The position numbers and the translations under genes were made by a program. Below, piece after piece: positions 18,929 through 28,438 of a stretch of 64,000 bases of DNA. The DNA comes from Sedimentisphaerales bacterium (GTDB lineage Bacteria; Planctomycetota; Phycisphaerae; Sedimentisphaerales; Anaerohalosphaeraceae). A model generated the notes under the pieces. It was not told where the DNA came from. It was given only the letters and a program-made list of their open reading frames with translations, and did no database searches. The stretch spans positions 1,685 through 65,684 of the forward strand of contig JAFGGE010000002.1 of the NCBI GenBank assembly GCA_016930745.1, in the 5' to 3' direction. Position 1 is the first letter of the stretch; every line of letters starts with the position of its first letter.

Positions 18929-19153
18929 GTCTTCCCGCGAGCCGGCGGCTCGATACATCCGACAAGGTTCACGGCAAACGAATCCAATGGGTCCGTGACT
19001 ACAGAGGACTATTCCGTCGGATAGCCAAGCGGGATTCCCGCAGGGGATCTTCTGCGGCTGGATCGAGGGAGTACGGATTGGCGCTTGGAAATCCTCCCCG
19101 GATATGGTATCCTTCCATGGTTGATACAATCTATTGATAAAGGGAGATTGCCT

Positions 19154-20017
19154 ATGACGCTGTATGTCAACGGGGAAAAGATCGACGAGAAGGAAATCCG
19201 GGCCGAGGCGGAAAAGCTGCGTCCCCGGTATGAACAAGTCTTTGCCGATATGCCTGTGGAGGAACGGGAAAAACAGCTTCTGGACTGGTCCCGTGAAAAC
19301 GTAATGGAAGCAGTCCTGATGCGTCAAGCGGCTCTTCGGGATATCCCTGAACCGCCTGCCGAGGTCATCGATCATGCGTATGACAACCTGATACGCGAGG
19401 CGGGGGGCAGGGAGCAGTTTTTTGAAAATACCGGACTGGCCGCGGACCAGGAAGGGCAGGTGAAGGCCGACATTGCCCAACGGCTGCGGATGGAACGGCA
19501 GATCGCCCAGATTACCTCGCAGGCCTCCCAGCCCACCGAAAAGGAGATCAAAAAGTATTACGAAAAGAATATGGATCGTTTCACCATCCCCGAAATGATT
19601 CGGGCCTCGCATATCGTCCGTCATCCTACGCCCGCGACCGATCCGGAAACGGTGAAAGCCGAAATGCGTCAGGTCTTGGTGGAACTGCAGGCCGGAGCGG
19701 ACTTTGCCGAGATGGCCGCTCGGCATTCGGATTGCCCGGACAACAGCGGCGATCTGGGTTTTTTTGCCCGCGGCCAGATGGTGCAAGCCTTCGACGATGT
19801 GGTCTTCGGTCTGGCGCCGGGGCAAATCAGCGAGATCTTCCAGACTGAGTTCGGGTATCATATCGCCAAGGTAACGGAAAAAAAACCGGCTATTCCCTGC
19901 CCGTTCGAAGAGGTCCGCGAGGTGATCGTGCGGGACCTGACCGAGCAGGCCCAGCAGAAGGCCCTGGAAAAATTCGTCGATGCGGAAAAGGGAAAAGCAA
20001 TTATTGAAGATCGATAA
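19154..20017 (+). CDS. parvulin-type peptidyl-prolyl cis-trans isomerase (PrsA/SurA/PpiD-like)
   Basis: An N-terminal chaperone-like helical region is followed by a rotamase core (ASHIVRH...CPDNSGDLGFFARGQMVQAFDDVVF...FQTEFGYHIAKV). The start is trimmed to the ATG at 19154, preceded by AGGGAG. Confidence 0.85.
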   Translation: MTLYVNGEKIDEKEIRAEAEKLRPRYEQVFADMPVEEREKQLLDWSRENVMEAVLMRQAALRDIPEPPAEVIDHAYDNLIREAGGREQFFENTGLAADQEGQVKADIAQRLRMERQIAQITSQASQPTEKEIKKYYEKNMDRFTIPEMIRASHIVRHPTPATDPETVKAEMRQVLVELQAGADFAEMAARHSDCPDNSGDLGFFARGQMVQAFDDVVFGLAPGQISEIFQTEFGYHIAKVTEKKPAIPCPFEEVREVIVRDLTEQAQQKALEKFVDAEKGKAIIEDR

Positions 20018-20061
20018 AATGAGTCAATCGGAGATCATCAGTCCTGCTAATCTCCATGCAT

Positions 20062-20146
20062 CGGAAGAGGAGGGATTCGAACCCCCGGTGGGTTTCCCCA
20101 CAGCGGTTTTCAAGACCGCCACCTTAAGCCGCTCGGTCACTCTTCC
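20062..20146 (-). tRNA. tRNA-Ser (anticodon UGA)
   Basis: The reverse complement reads GGAAGAGTGACCGAGCGGCTTAAGGTGGCGGTCTTGAAAACCGCTGTGGGGAAACCCACCGGGGGTTCGAATCCCTCCTCTTCCG. It has a 7-bp acceptor stem, anticodon stem GCGGT/ACCGC with loop CT-TGA-AA, a long variable arm, a GTTCGAATC T-loop and discriminator G. No CCA is encoded. Confidence 0.9.
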
Positions 20147-20295
20147 CGGTATCCATATACCAAGTATTTACTTGTAACAATTTTCATATACCTTACTGTC
20201 AACGGGGCGATTCGGCAAGAAGATTAGGTCGAACTGGCAGCAAATTCAGATAAAAAAAATCGGCAACGATGAATCGAACCATTGATTGATGTGGT

Positions 20296-23200
20296 TTACA
20301 GTTGTTTTCTGTCAAACACGGTTATCACGGGCAGGGCGTTCCCCTCGTCGTCAAAAAAGCCCCGGTTGCGAAGGCCTCCGGTCACGGCCGGTTCCCACCA
20401 GAAGATCCCCTTACCGCGATTTCCGGGCGTCTCCAGGACAACCCGGTTCACCTCCTCCAGAAATTGCCTTTGTCCCTCGGGCGTTTCCGGGAACGGGGCC
20501 GGTTTGCCCCGGTATTCGGCTGGCCGCCAATTGTAGGCAACCTCTACCAGGATGATATCCTTTTGATAGGCATTGGCCATGAAGGCCATATTTTCGCTCA
20601 GATCCTGCAAAGACCCGTGCCACCAGGGATAAAACGACTGCCCGATGACATCGTAGGGAATAGAGTAGGAAGCGATTTTATCAAAAAACCCTTGGGTAGC
20701 CTTTTTGTCTCCGCCCTTATCGATATGCAGCATAATCTGTGGGCAGGATTCCTTTCCGCTGCCGGCGCGGACTCCCTCGATTCCGGCCTGGAGCAACTCG
20801 GCAAAGTTGTCCCAGTGTTCGGGCAGCTTGCCGTCCGGCCAGAGCATACCGGGGGTGATTTCGTTTCCGATCTGCACCATATCGGGCAGGACGCCGGCCT
20901 CTTGAAAGGCGGCAATCGTCTCTGTGGTGTACTCCCTGACGGCCTTTATAAGCTGGTCATGCGTCTTGTCTTGCCATGCCTTTGGGGTGATTTGATGAGC
21001 AGGATCGGCCCAGGTGTCGGAGTAGTGGAAGTTGAGGAGAAATTGAAATCCCATTTGCTTTGCTTCTTGGGCCAGTGTGATGGTATAGGCAAGGTTGTTG
21101 GGCAACCGAGAGGGCGTGTGGAAAAGCCGAAGACGAATCCAGTTGTATCCATGGTCGCGAAAAATCTGCAGGGCGGGTTTCGGGATTCCGCCCTCTTTAA
21201 AGACGACGCCTCGGTCTTCGGCCTGCTTTAGAAACGATAAGTCGGCGCCGACGACATAGTCGGTAGGCAGATTGGAAGCGGCGGAATCCGCTTCGGTCGG
21301 CAAAGAAAACAGCAGGGTGCCAAAGCCCGGATGATCGGCCCCATGAGCAGCGCCTTCCGGCCGTATTTTGTCAAGCGTCTGCGTGGTATAAGGCATATCC
21401 AGGCCCATTTGAATATGATAGTGATTCCAGACCATCTCCCAGATCGGGCGAAATCGTTTGGGATCACGGGGAGAGATATTCGTATGACGATATTTTCCGG
21501 TCGTGTCAATATGGGACGCAAAAGGTACTTCATTGCCGAGATTGTATTTGGCTGTGTATTCGAATCCTTTGCATAAGCGGTTATCGACTGCATTATACAG
21601 ATCGAGACCCTGATTCCAGGCGATTTGACAGGCTTCTGCCAGATGTCCAAGCCCCAGTTGTGTGTGCTGCTGATCGCGGCCGCTTTCCTGGCATTGCCCT
21701 GTTTCGTTGATGATGTAGTGTGTGATGGCTCCGTTCCCCGAACCGGCGTAATAATAGTCGACAGCCCGCTGGAAAATATCCCGATCCTCACAAAAAACCC
21801 CGATGGCCATCATGGTCTTGATGCATGCCGTATCCCAGTTGCCGTTGGCGAATGTGGCGAAGTCCTTAATCGTCGGGTAGATCACGTTTTTAAACATCTG
21901 TTCACATATCCGCGTATCGGCCTCGCTCCAGCCGTCATACGTATAGCGAAGAATCTCGGCGGTGTTGATCATTTTGAACGGGCCCAGACCGGCCATCAGG
22001 ATGGCATCCTTTCCGCTGACCCTTTTCACCGTGGATGCCCATGTTTTGACAATCCTGCTCGACAGGTTTGCATAGGAAGCATCGCCGGTAATATACCACA
22101 GGACGGCGCACTGATAGGCGGCATTGGCATCCTGATCGAACTGGCCGGTATGAACGTTGGGATTTCGGCCGATTTCTTCAAACGGACCGCGAGGCTGATA
22201 GCCAAGTTGAGATTGCGGATGCTTCGCAAGTATCTCATAACCGCTTTTCCATGGCTGGTTCCCTTGACGTACCATATCTCTCATTCGGTCCAGGTCCTTC
22301 CGGCTGTGCAGGATCCCCGGATGGACGAAAGGCGTGCTTTTGACTGAAACTGACTCTTGCTCAGGTTCTCTCGGAGACAATGGCATCGTGAGCGTGAGCG
22401 GATTGATCTCTTTGGCTTTCGTTGTGAAATATTCCAGCCAGTTATACAGAAGCGCATCGGCCAGTTGTCCGGACTGCTTGCATTCTGCGGGCGTCTTGCC
22501 CCAATAAAAACTGATCCATCCCTCCGTAAAAGATCGGGACTGTTCCACGAATGTCCCCAGTTCCGACACGGAACACTTCAGCGGAAACATCTCCTCGATC
22601 ACCAGCGGTTTGCCGATGTCATAGGCCTTCAGGGCGGTCAGGGCTTTGTCAACTTCCCCGGAATCCGGATAGAAATGAACGCTGGCGAAATCCAGGTTTT
22701 CACTGACTTCCGGGGAATAGAACAAAGGGCTGGCCTTGGGAAATACGTGTACCCACGGAATCACTCCCACCGTGATCAAATGACAGGAATCATGCTTTCG
22801 AATCGCGGATACAAGGCGGTCTACCCATGCCCTGGCAACTTGCTTTCGGGTTCGCCCTTCCAGAGCAAGACTGATCCGCTGGACGAAATATTTACCTCCA
22901 AACTCTCCCAAAAGCCATTCGGTCTCTTTTGTATTTGCCCCCGGCAGAACGGGTTCATTCATCAAGTCATAACAAAAAACAGCAGAGCTTGCAGCACACG
23001 TTTTGGCCACTGCCTCCCAAAACCGGGCCTGAACTTCCCAGCGGGCCTGTTCCGAAAGGGTGTCGTACCAGGAGGGAACATCCTTTTTGTGATAACAGCC
23101 CAGGCCGGTGATATCGAGAAAAAGGCCTACATCCTGAGCCGTTTGAGTCAGACGTCCGAGTCGTTGCAAGGCGGCTGTACTGGGCCGGTCGGGCTGCGAC

Positions 23201-23541
23201 ATGAATTTGCCAAGCTGAAGATGGATACGGACGACATTGGCACCCAACTCCTTCATCTCTCGAAAGTCTTCTTCCACCTTTCTCCATTCCGTCTCCCAGT
23301 AATCCTCCAGCAAACGTCCCTGCTCGTCATGGTCGTAATTGAATCCCCATGGAGTAAAAGGATGATTGTCTCCCTGAATGACGAAACCTTGCCGATTTTG
23401 CGAAAGACAGATAAATCTTTTGGAAGAAGCTTCGATTGCAGAATTCATCGCCATTTCCTGAGCTTTCGCCCCTGAGAGGACGGAAACGAGGATCAGGATA
23501 ATAAGAGAAATTTCGACTTTCATGAATTTTAAGATTATCAT
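20296..23541 (-). CDS. secreted three-domain polysaccharide-degrading enzyme: GH5-like + alginate-lyase-superfamily domain + GH53 endo-beta-1,4-galactanase
   Basis: It has a signal peptide. The N-terminal GH5-like TIM barrel shows GANVVRIHL and CYDLMNEPV. The middle domain (HPGILHSRKDLDRMRDMVRQGNQPW...DANAAYQCAVLWYITGDASYA) resembles the alginate lyase / heparinase N-terminal fold. The C-terminal GH53 shows GADLSFLKQAEDRG...GYNWIRLRLF...LLNFHYSDTWADPAHQITPKAW...VQIGNEITPGMLWP. Confidence 0.85.
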   Translation of the reverse strand: MIILKFMKVEISLIILILVSVLSGAKAQEMAMNSAIEASSKRFICLSQNRQGFVIQGDNHPFTPWGFNYDHDEQGRLLEDYWETEWRKVEEDFREMKELGANVVRIHLQLGKFMSQPDRPSTAALQRLGRLTQTAQDVGLFLDITGLGCYHKKDVPSWYDTLSEQARWEVQARFWEAVAKTCAASSAVFCYDLMNEPVLPGANTKETEWLLGEFGGKYFVQRISLALEGRTRKQVARAWVDRLVSAIRKHDSCHLITVGVIPWVHVFPKASPLFYSPEVSENLDFASVHFYPDSGEVDKALTALKAYDIGKPLVIEEMFPLKCSVSELGTFVEQSRSFTEGWISFYWGKTPAECKQSGQLADALLYNWLEYFTTKAKEINPLTLTMPLSPREPEQESVSVKSTPFVHPGILHSRKDLDRMRDMVRQGNQPWKSGYEILAKHPQSQLGYQPRGPFEEIGRNPNVHTGQFDQDANAAYQCAVLWYITGDASYANLSSRIVKTWASTVKRVSGKDAILMAGLGPFKMINTAEILRYTYDGWSEADTRICEQMFKNVIYPTIKDFATFANGNWDTACIKTMMAIGVFCEDRDIFQRAVDYYYAGSGNGAITHYIINETGQCQESGRDQQHTQLGLGHLAEACQIAWNQGLDLYNAVDNRLCKGFEYTAKYNLGNEVPFASHIDTTGKYRHTNISPRDPKRFRPIWEMVWNHYHIQMGLDMPYTTQTLDKIRPEGAAHGADHPGFGTLLFSLPTEADSAASNLPTDYVVGADLSFLKQAEDRGVVFKEGGIPKPALQIFRDHGYNWIRLRLFHTPSRLPNNLAYTITLAQEAKQMGFQFLLNFHYSDTWADPAHQITPKAWQDKTHDQLIKAVREYTTETIAAFQEAGVLPDMVQIGNEITPGMLWPDGKLPEHWDNFAELLQAGIEGVRAGSGKESCPQIMLHIDKGGDKKATQGFFDKIASYSIPYDVIGQSFYPWWHGSLQDLSENMAFMANAYQKDIILVEVAYNWRPAEYRGKPAPFPETPEGQRQFLEEVNRVVLETPGNRGKGIFWWEPAVTGGLRNRGFFDDEGNALPVITVFDRKQL

Positions 23542-23557
23542 TGTTTATGCCTCATTT

Positions 23558-25726
23558 CTACGGCATTGGTCGAAGACCTTCCCATTGCACATTCCATTTC
23601 CCGTTGTCGGGGAAACCCGGCGCCGGACGATCCGGCCCCCCATCCCAGCCGGCGGCCATCATGGCCACCGCTGTGAGCAAACCGCCGTTTCCGGGCAGAT
23701 AGAGAGGCAGACGCGATGACTGGTAATTATGCCCATTGGCCAGGTAGCGGTTTTTAGGCGATTCCATAAACAGGGCGTCGACCGCTTTTCCCGGTTCGCC
23801 AAGACGAGCCGCCGTCATCGCCAGCATAGGATAATCCCATCCCCATGTGCTGGGCCAGTCCCACTTGGAAAACACATGATCCGTCGTTTTCTGCATGATG
23901 GCAGGATCAATCAACGGTGTCGGAGGAACGAAACCATAGGCGGCCACCATGGATGGATGATCCCGGTAAATCGTAAAAGGCTCCGTTTCGATACCGGTAT
24001 AAACACCGTCTTTTATCGTTGGCATTGAAAGCTTTTGAATGACTCGATCCCAGTCGGGACTGCGTTTCAGACCAAGCCGCAATCGCCATTGTTGCGCGGT
24101 TTCCAGGGCCCAGGACCAATAGGCCAATTCAAAGGTCGGATTCAAATTTGTCGATCGCATCGGCCCGTAGCTTTCCTGCGCCGGGATCAAGGCCGGACCC
24201 AGTACAAACCGGTTCCCCTTTTCATTCCATACCGAATAGGATGCCATGAACGAGGCGGTTTCAAAAACGAGGCAACGGTATCGTTCCAGGGTTTGTTTGT
24301 CCTTGCGGGTCCTGTAGCATAATTCGGCGTAGTAAATGGGGTGCGGCTGCTGCCAGATCAGAAAGACTCCGACCCGGCTGGGGCTTTCCCGTCCGTCACG
24401 ACCAACCATCTTTGGCCAGCGGGTCCCTTGATACCCCTGCATTTGTGCCGTTTCTTTTGCCTTCGCCAGGATAGATTCATACCACGGCAAGCTGCGCTCC
24501 AGAAGTTCCGGGCGATCCCATAAGGCGAAATGCACGGCATGCCACCAGTGCATCTCCAGATGAAACTTGCCATACCAACTATTGCAAACCAGACCGGTCT
24601 CCTGGGGCGGACTGGAACCGGCACATTGGATCGCCGTCAGGTATTGCGAGAGTACGACACGACGCTCCAGCTCCGCAGCGCGAGGATCGGCACATCGAGA
24701 AAAATCGACCGCTCCTCCCGTGGTCCAGAATCGATTCCAGTGTCGGGCGGCCAGTTCCCGGACCTCATCGAAGCTCCCGGCATTTTTATCGATCGGTTCA
24801 GGGCTGAAAGCAAACAGAAGATCCATCGATTGGTTTCCCGGAGCGAGAAATTCGTACTGGTGCTCGGAGATAGAACAAATCTTTGTCCCCTTCGACCAGA
24901 AAACATGGACATAGTAATGATCCGAGTCAAGAATCCTGGTCAGGTCTACGCGGCGATCCGCTGTCTGCGCCAGGGTTTTGTGATGTTGCGGTTTTTGCCA
25001 ATCCGCCGCGTTTCTCCACCCCATGCTGCCGTAAGGAAAGTCCAGCGACACGGCCAGACGATCTTCCGAAAGAAGCAGCGATTGAACCCGAACGGCAAGG
25101 AGATCCTGTTGTGGGTGGCAAACCGTAAAAACACGTACCGGCTGACCGTCGAGTTCAAACCTGCTGCTTAACAGGCCGGTCCATAAGTCCAGTGTTTGCT
25201 CGGTATTTTGAATATCGTTGATGCCAACCGATGAATCATCCGACGATTTGAATCGAAGACCGATCCGACCGAGATGCAGCCGATGCGGATTGGCGCGCAG
25301 CCAGTTTCCCGCCGGCGAATATCCGTCGGAAAAACCTTCATCGCTGGCATAGGGCACATTTCGTCCGGCGACCTGGTATCCATGCAAAACATCCTGCAGT
25401 TGCAATCCTTCCGGGTTGGGCATACTGTGCCAGCCCCATTGCGACTGTGTGCCCAGCGGCATCCCCGTTTCATGAAATTCCGGAAAGGTTTGAAGCCCCG
25501 TGATGTCGGCGGTAAAAGCGAATTCCCCGTTGCCCACACTTAACGGAGTCAGGGGGTCGGGCCGATACAGTGTAATAGTATGCCGTTGTACCAGTGCCCG
25601 ACGGTCTATCCTGTGAGCGATGTTTGTCGCGGCGGGAGCATTTCCCATAGTATACCGGCTCCCTCCGGCCCATGTCAGGAAAAGAAAAAGGGAAAATTTC
25701 CACTTTTGCATCTGTGTTTCCATCAT
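23558..25726 (-). CDS. secreted putative glycoside hydrolase of an uncharacterised (alpha/alpha)6-barrel-like family
   Basis: 722 aa with a signal peptide. Trp/aromatic-rich motifs include NSWYGKFHLEMHWWHAVHFALW and IWQQPHPIYYAE, and the gene lies in a CAZyme context. I cannot assign a family with confidence. Confidence 0.45.
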   Translation of the reverse strand: MMETQMQKWKFSLFLFLTWAGGSRYTMGNAPAATNIAHRIDRRALVQRHTITLYRPDPLTPLSVGNGEFAFTADITGLQTFPEFHETGMPLGTQSQWGWHSMPNPEGLQLQDVLHGYQVAGRNVPYASDEGFSDGYSPAGNWLRANPHRLHLGRIGLRFKSSDDSSVGINDIQNTEQTLDLWTGLLSSRFELDGQPVRVFTVCHPQQDLLAVRVQSLLLSEDRLAVSLDFPYGSMGWRNAADWQKPQHHKTLAQTADRRVDLTRILDSDHYYVHVFWSKGTKICSISEHQYEFLAPGNQSMDLLFAFSPEPIDKNAGSFDEVRELAARHWNRFWTTGGAVDFSRCADPRAAELERRVVLSQYLTAIQCAGSSPPQETGLVCNSWYGKFHLEMHWWHAVHFALWDRPELLERSLPWYESILAKAKETAQMQGYQGTRWPKMVGRDGRESPSRVGVFLIWQQPHPIYYAELCYRTRKDKQTLERYRCLVFETASFMASYSVWNEKGNRFVLGPALIPAQESYGPMRSTNLNPTFELAYWSWALETAQQWRLRLGLKRSPDWDRVIQKLSMPTIKDGVYTGIETEPFTIYRDHPSMVAAYGFVPPTPLIDPAIMQKTTDHVFSKWDWPSTWGWDYPMLAMTAARLGEPGKAVDALFMESPKNRYLANGHNYQSSRLPLYLPGNGGLLTAVAMMAAGWDGGPDRPAPGFPDNGKWNVQWEGLRPMP

Positions 25727-25754
25727 CCCAAAATCCTTTCGCTCTACGGCAGAA

Positions 25755-27569
25755 CTATTCTATCCAATGTCGTCGAAGATTGGCCTTGGCCCGATACAGC
25801 AGCAGAAGCGATGCCGTTTCATATGCCACAAGGTAAAGGATCCAGTATTTCAAGATAGGGTCGTGTGAATATCCCCGGCCGTAAGTATGGGCCTGGCTGA
25901 TATGTTCAATTATAATCGCCCCCAGACCCAACGGATTCAGTCTCCATAGAATAAAGTAAGTATCTTCGATTATCGTGGCGCCAAAACCGCTGCTTCTCCA
26001 TCCATACAGTTCATTTAGTACGGTGCATACCAGTGGAATCAGGCCCCAGAGGATCCCGATCAGGGCCAGGTTGGCGATGACGGCTGGGGTGGTCCGCCGC
26101 AGCCGAGCGCTGAAATAGATCCCGGAGCAGATCAGGAAAAGGATGGCCGTCAGGGCCAGCGTACCCACCTGAAAAACAGCGGGCCAGGGGAATCCTGCGG
26201 CGTAGGCGATTAATGCGAAAATAAAGACAAAAGGGAACCATGCCAGAAGGATCCTGCGCAGCACGCCGGCGGTTTTTCCTCCGAGAATTTGCCAATCAGT
26301 CATACAGGTGGTCAGCAGAATCGGCCAGCAGCGAGATTCTTTTTCCTGCGTAATGCAGGACGCCGGGACCGTAATTGTGAACAGGGCCGCCAAACCAAAG
26401 AAGGCCAATACGGAGGAAAACAGGACAAATCCGATCAGGTTAATGTCGTCCAGGAAAATCGTTAAAAACGTCCCTGCCAGCAAAAGAAGCAAAAAGACCA
26501 GAAAGAATCCATAGACGACAAATCGCCAGCGGCCAAGGACAGGGCTCAAAAACTCTTTCCAGACCATGCCGGAGCCGATCGTTCGACGGATCAGGTCGTG
26601 CAGGAAGAGGGGACGGTACAAAATGTCGGATTTGCGGTGTCTTGTGGGGATTTTATAGTCTTTCCGATGCGTCCGGGCCACGATATGTTTTCGGGCCGCC
26701 TTGCGAACCTTGTGGCAGGCCAGCAGGTAGATCGGGATCGTCAGAGCAGCCATCAAACCGCAGTGGACCGGCCAGTAAAAGCCGGGCCCCCCGGTTCCCC
26801 CGGGGAAAAACATCTCTTCGGTTTCCTGGGCAAACGCCATATACGGACACAGATAGAAGATCGCCAGTTCCGCTATGTCTTCCAGATCAAAGTGATATAA
26901 GACGGTATAGGAATAGGACTGCCCCAGAAAAAACAATACGATCGGGATCAGACCGAATAAAAAGCCTGCCGTGATGACGGAAAAAATCATTACCAGATAC
27001 GCTTCTTTGAAAGAAATGGAAAAGTACAGCGTGATACAGGCCAGAAAACCGATGGTGGTCAGGGTAATGCATGTGGAGGAAAGCAGGTAATCCCAGGGAA
27101 CGCCTCCGAACACGCGCAGCAGAAACAATAGAGGGATACTGACGGCGAACAACTGGAGCAATTGCAGCAGCTTGCTGAGCAGTTTCCCCGTGACGATCTG
27201 AAAGCTGGTGATGGGCGTTGTCATCAGGACCGGTAGGGTTCGGTGGGCGATCTCCTCGCTGATGGCGGTACTGAGGAGAATGAACGTTACGATCTGCAGC
27301 CCGATAAACTGAAACCAGCTAATGCAGGCAATGATGACCATGCCCGTTTCGGACATGGTCGAGGTCATCAGAGCGTTGGGATCGAACGAATCCATCGCCT
27401 CAAACCAGAACAGCACGATCAGCAGCATCAGAAGGCCCAGATACAGGCTGCGCAGAAGGTAATGCCGCCGACGTCGGGACGTGACGCGCATCTCTTTGTC
27501 GAGGATCGGACCGGCATATTGGGCCGGATGCATCCATTTCCAAAATGAAGTCCGTGCTTCAAAAATCAT
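25755..27569 (-). CDS. ABC-2-type permease-like polytopic membrane protein (two-lobed)
   Basis: GPILDKEMRVTSRRRRHYLLRSLYLGLLML is followed by 12 or more hydrophobic segments in two halves, typical of ABC-2/NosY-like permeases. No ATPase gene is adjacent. The start is trimmed to the ATG at 27569, because the longest ORF would overlap the upstream gene by 56 nt. Confidence 0.6.
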   Translation of the reverse strand: MIFEARTSFWKWMHPAQYAGPILDKEMRVTSRRRRHYLLRSLYLGLLMLLIVLFWFEAMDSFDPNALMTSTMSETGMVIIACISWFQFIGLQIVTFILLSTAISEEIAHRTLPVLMTTPITSFQIVTGKLLSKLLQLLQLFAVSIPLLFLLRVFGGVPWDYLLSSTCITLTTIGFLACITLYFSISFKEAYLVMIFSVITAGFLFGLIPIVLFFLGQSYSYTVLYHFDLEDIAELAIFYLCPYMAFAQETEEMFFPGGTGGPGFYWPVHCGLMAALTIPIYLLACHKVRKAARKHIVARTHRKDYKIPTRHRKSDILYRPLFLHDLIRRTIGSGMVWKEFLSPVLGRWRFVVYGFFLVFLLLLLAGTFLTIFLDDINLIGFVLFSSVLAFFGLAALFTITVPASCITQEKESRCWPILLTTCMTDWQILGGKTAGVLRRILLAWFPFVFIFALIAYAAGFPWPAVFQVGTLALTAILFLICSGIYFSARLRRTTPAVIANLALIGILWGLIPLVCTVLNELYGWRSSGFGATIIEDTYFILWRLNPLGLGAIIIEHISQAHTYGRGYSHDPILKYWILYLVAYETASLLLLYRAKANLRRHWIE

Positions 27570-27603
27570 CGCAACACCAAACTTTTGCCGCCGCCAAAAA
27601 TCC

Positions 27604-28332
27604 TTATATGGCTCTGCGAAGGAACATCTTTTCGATATCCCGGGGGTAGACGGGCTCAATGACGCATTTTCGCAGCCCGATTTCCAGCAGGTACTGTACC
27701 TGCATCCCCTGCCAGCGGGTCAGCAGGCAGATCAGTTTGTCGCCGGCCTTGCCCAGCAGTGTTTTACATCGGTTCACGGAGGCAGTGTAATCCGCGGCGG
27801 CATGGAAACAAACGACATCGGCCGAAATCCCTGCATCCTGGAGATACTCCTGGATACTCCTGACCTGAACGCAGGCGCCTTGCTCTTTGGCCGTCTGCAG
27901 AAATATATCGATGTGTTCAAAATCATCCCTGAGAAGGAGAATCGAGCCGATGGATAGGGTTTGAAACGGTTCGAAAAGGCCCGCGCTGTCGATATTTCGG
28001 ATGATCTGATTCCACGCCGAAGCCGTCACACCAATCGATTTGGCGAATTGCATGAGACATACTTTTTCTTTCTCGTCCACTTTTTTGTCGGCCTTGGCCA
28101 TCAGGACCATGGCCCGCAGAGTGGCCAGGGCTTTGTCCGCCGCATGAATAGGGTAAACGGGAAATTGTTCCTCCTGAACCTGTCGCAAAAGCGCATTCCA
28201 GTTTTCTATGGACACCTCAAGCTGTCGGGCCGCCTTGCCCAGAAACTTTTTTTCGGTTTCGCTGATCGTGCCATCGCAACACATGACAGCGATCAGATTT
28301 TTCAGGCAGTTCAGCTTGTCTTCTGCGGGCAT
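27604..28332 (-). CDS. TerB-like domain protein fused to a receiver-like (pseudo-REC) domain
   Basis: The N-terminal half has two TerB/DjlA-type helical repeats (LIAVMCCDGTISETEKKFL and LMAKADKKVDEKEKVCL). The C-terminal half has a CheY-like pattern (SILLLRDD ... DVVCFHAAAD ... LICLLTR ... LRKCVIEP). His appears to sit where the phospho-acceptor Asp is expected. Confidence 0.55.
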   Translation of the reverse strand: MPAEDKLNCLKNLIAVMCCDGTISETEKKFLGKAARQLEVSIENWNALLRQVQEEQFPVYPIHAADKALATLRAMVLMAKADKKVDEKEKVCLMQFAKSIGVTASAWNQIIRNIDSAGLFEPFQTLSIGSILLLRDDFEHIDIFLQTAKEQGACVQVRSIQEYLQDAGISADVVCFHAAADYTASVNRCKTLLGKAGDKLICLLTRWQGMQVQYLLEIGLRKCVIEPVYPRDIEKMFLRRAI

Positions 28333-28438
28333 TCTGGGCCTCCTGTTTTCCCGAATCCATCGGTTCGTGATCTATTGTCATTCCCTGTCGTTTATCGGGG
28401 AGCATCATATAGGCAGTTTCATGAGATAGCAAGCCTGC

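Noticed and set aside
20018-20295. tRNA-Ser flanks as a genomic-island integration site.
   Set aside because: No integrase, recombinase, phage or transposase gene lies within the window, and I noticed no direct repeat of the tRNA 3' end. Flanking genes look like ordinary chromosomal content. A computational repeat search would be needed to be certain.
27570-27659. Upstream 30 codons of the ABC-2-like permease ORF (MSPSTPGISKRCSFAEPYKDFWRRQKFGVA).
   Set aside because: They would overlap the 3' end of the TerB-like gene by 56 nt. The internal ATG at 27569 removes the overlap. The true start remains uncertain.
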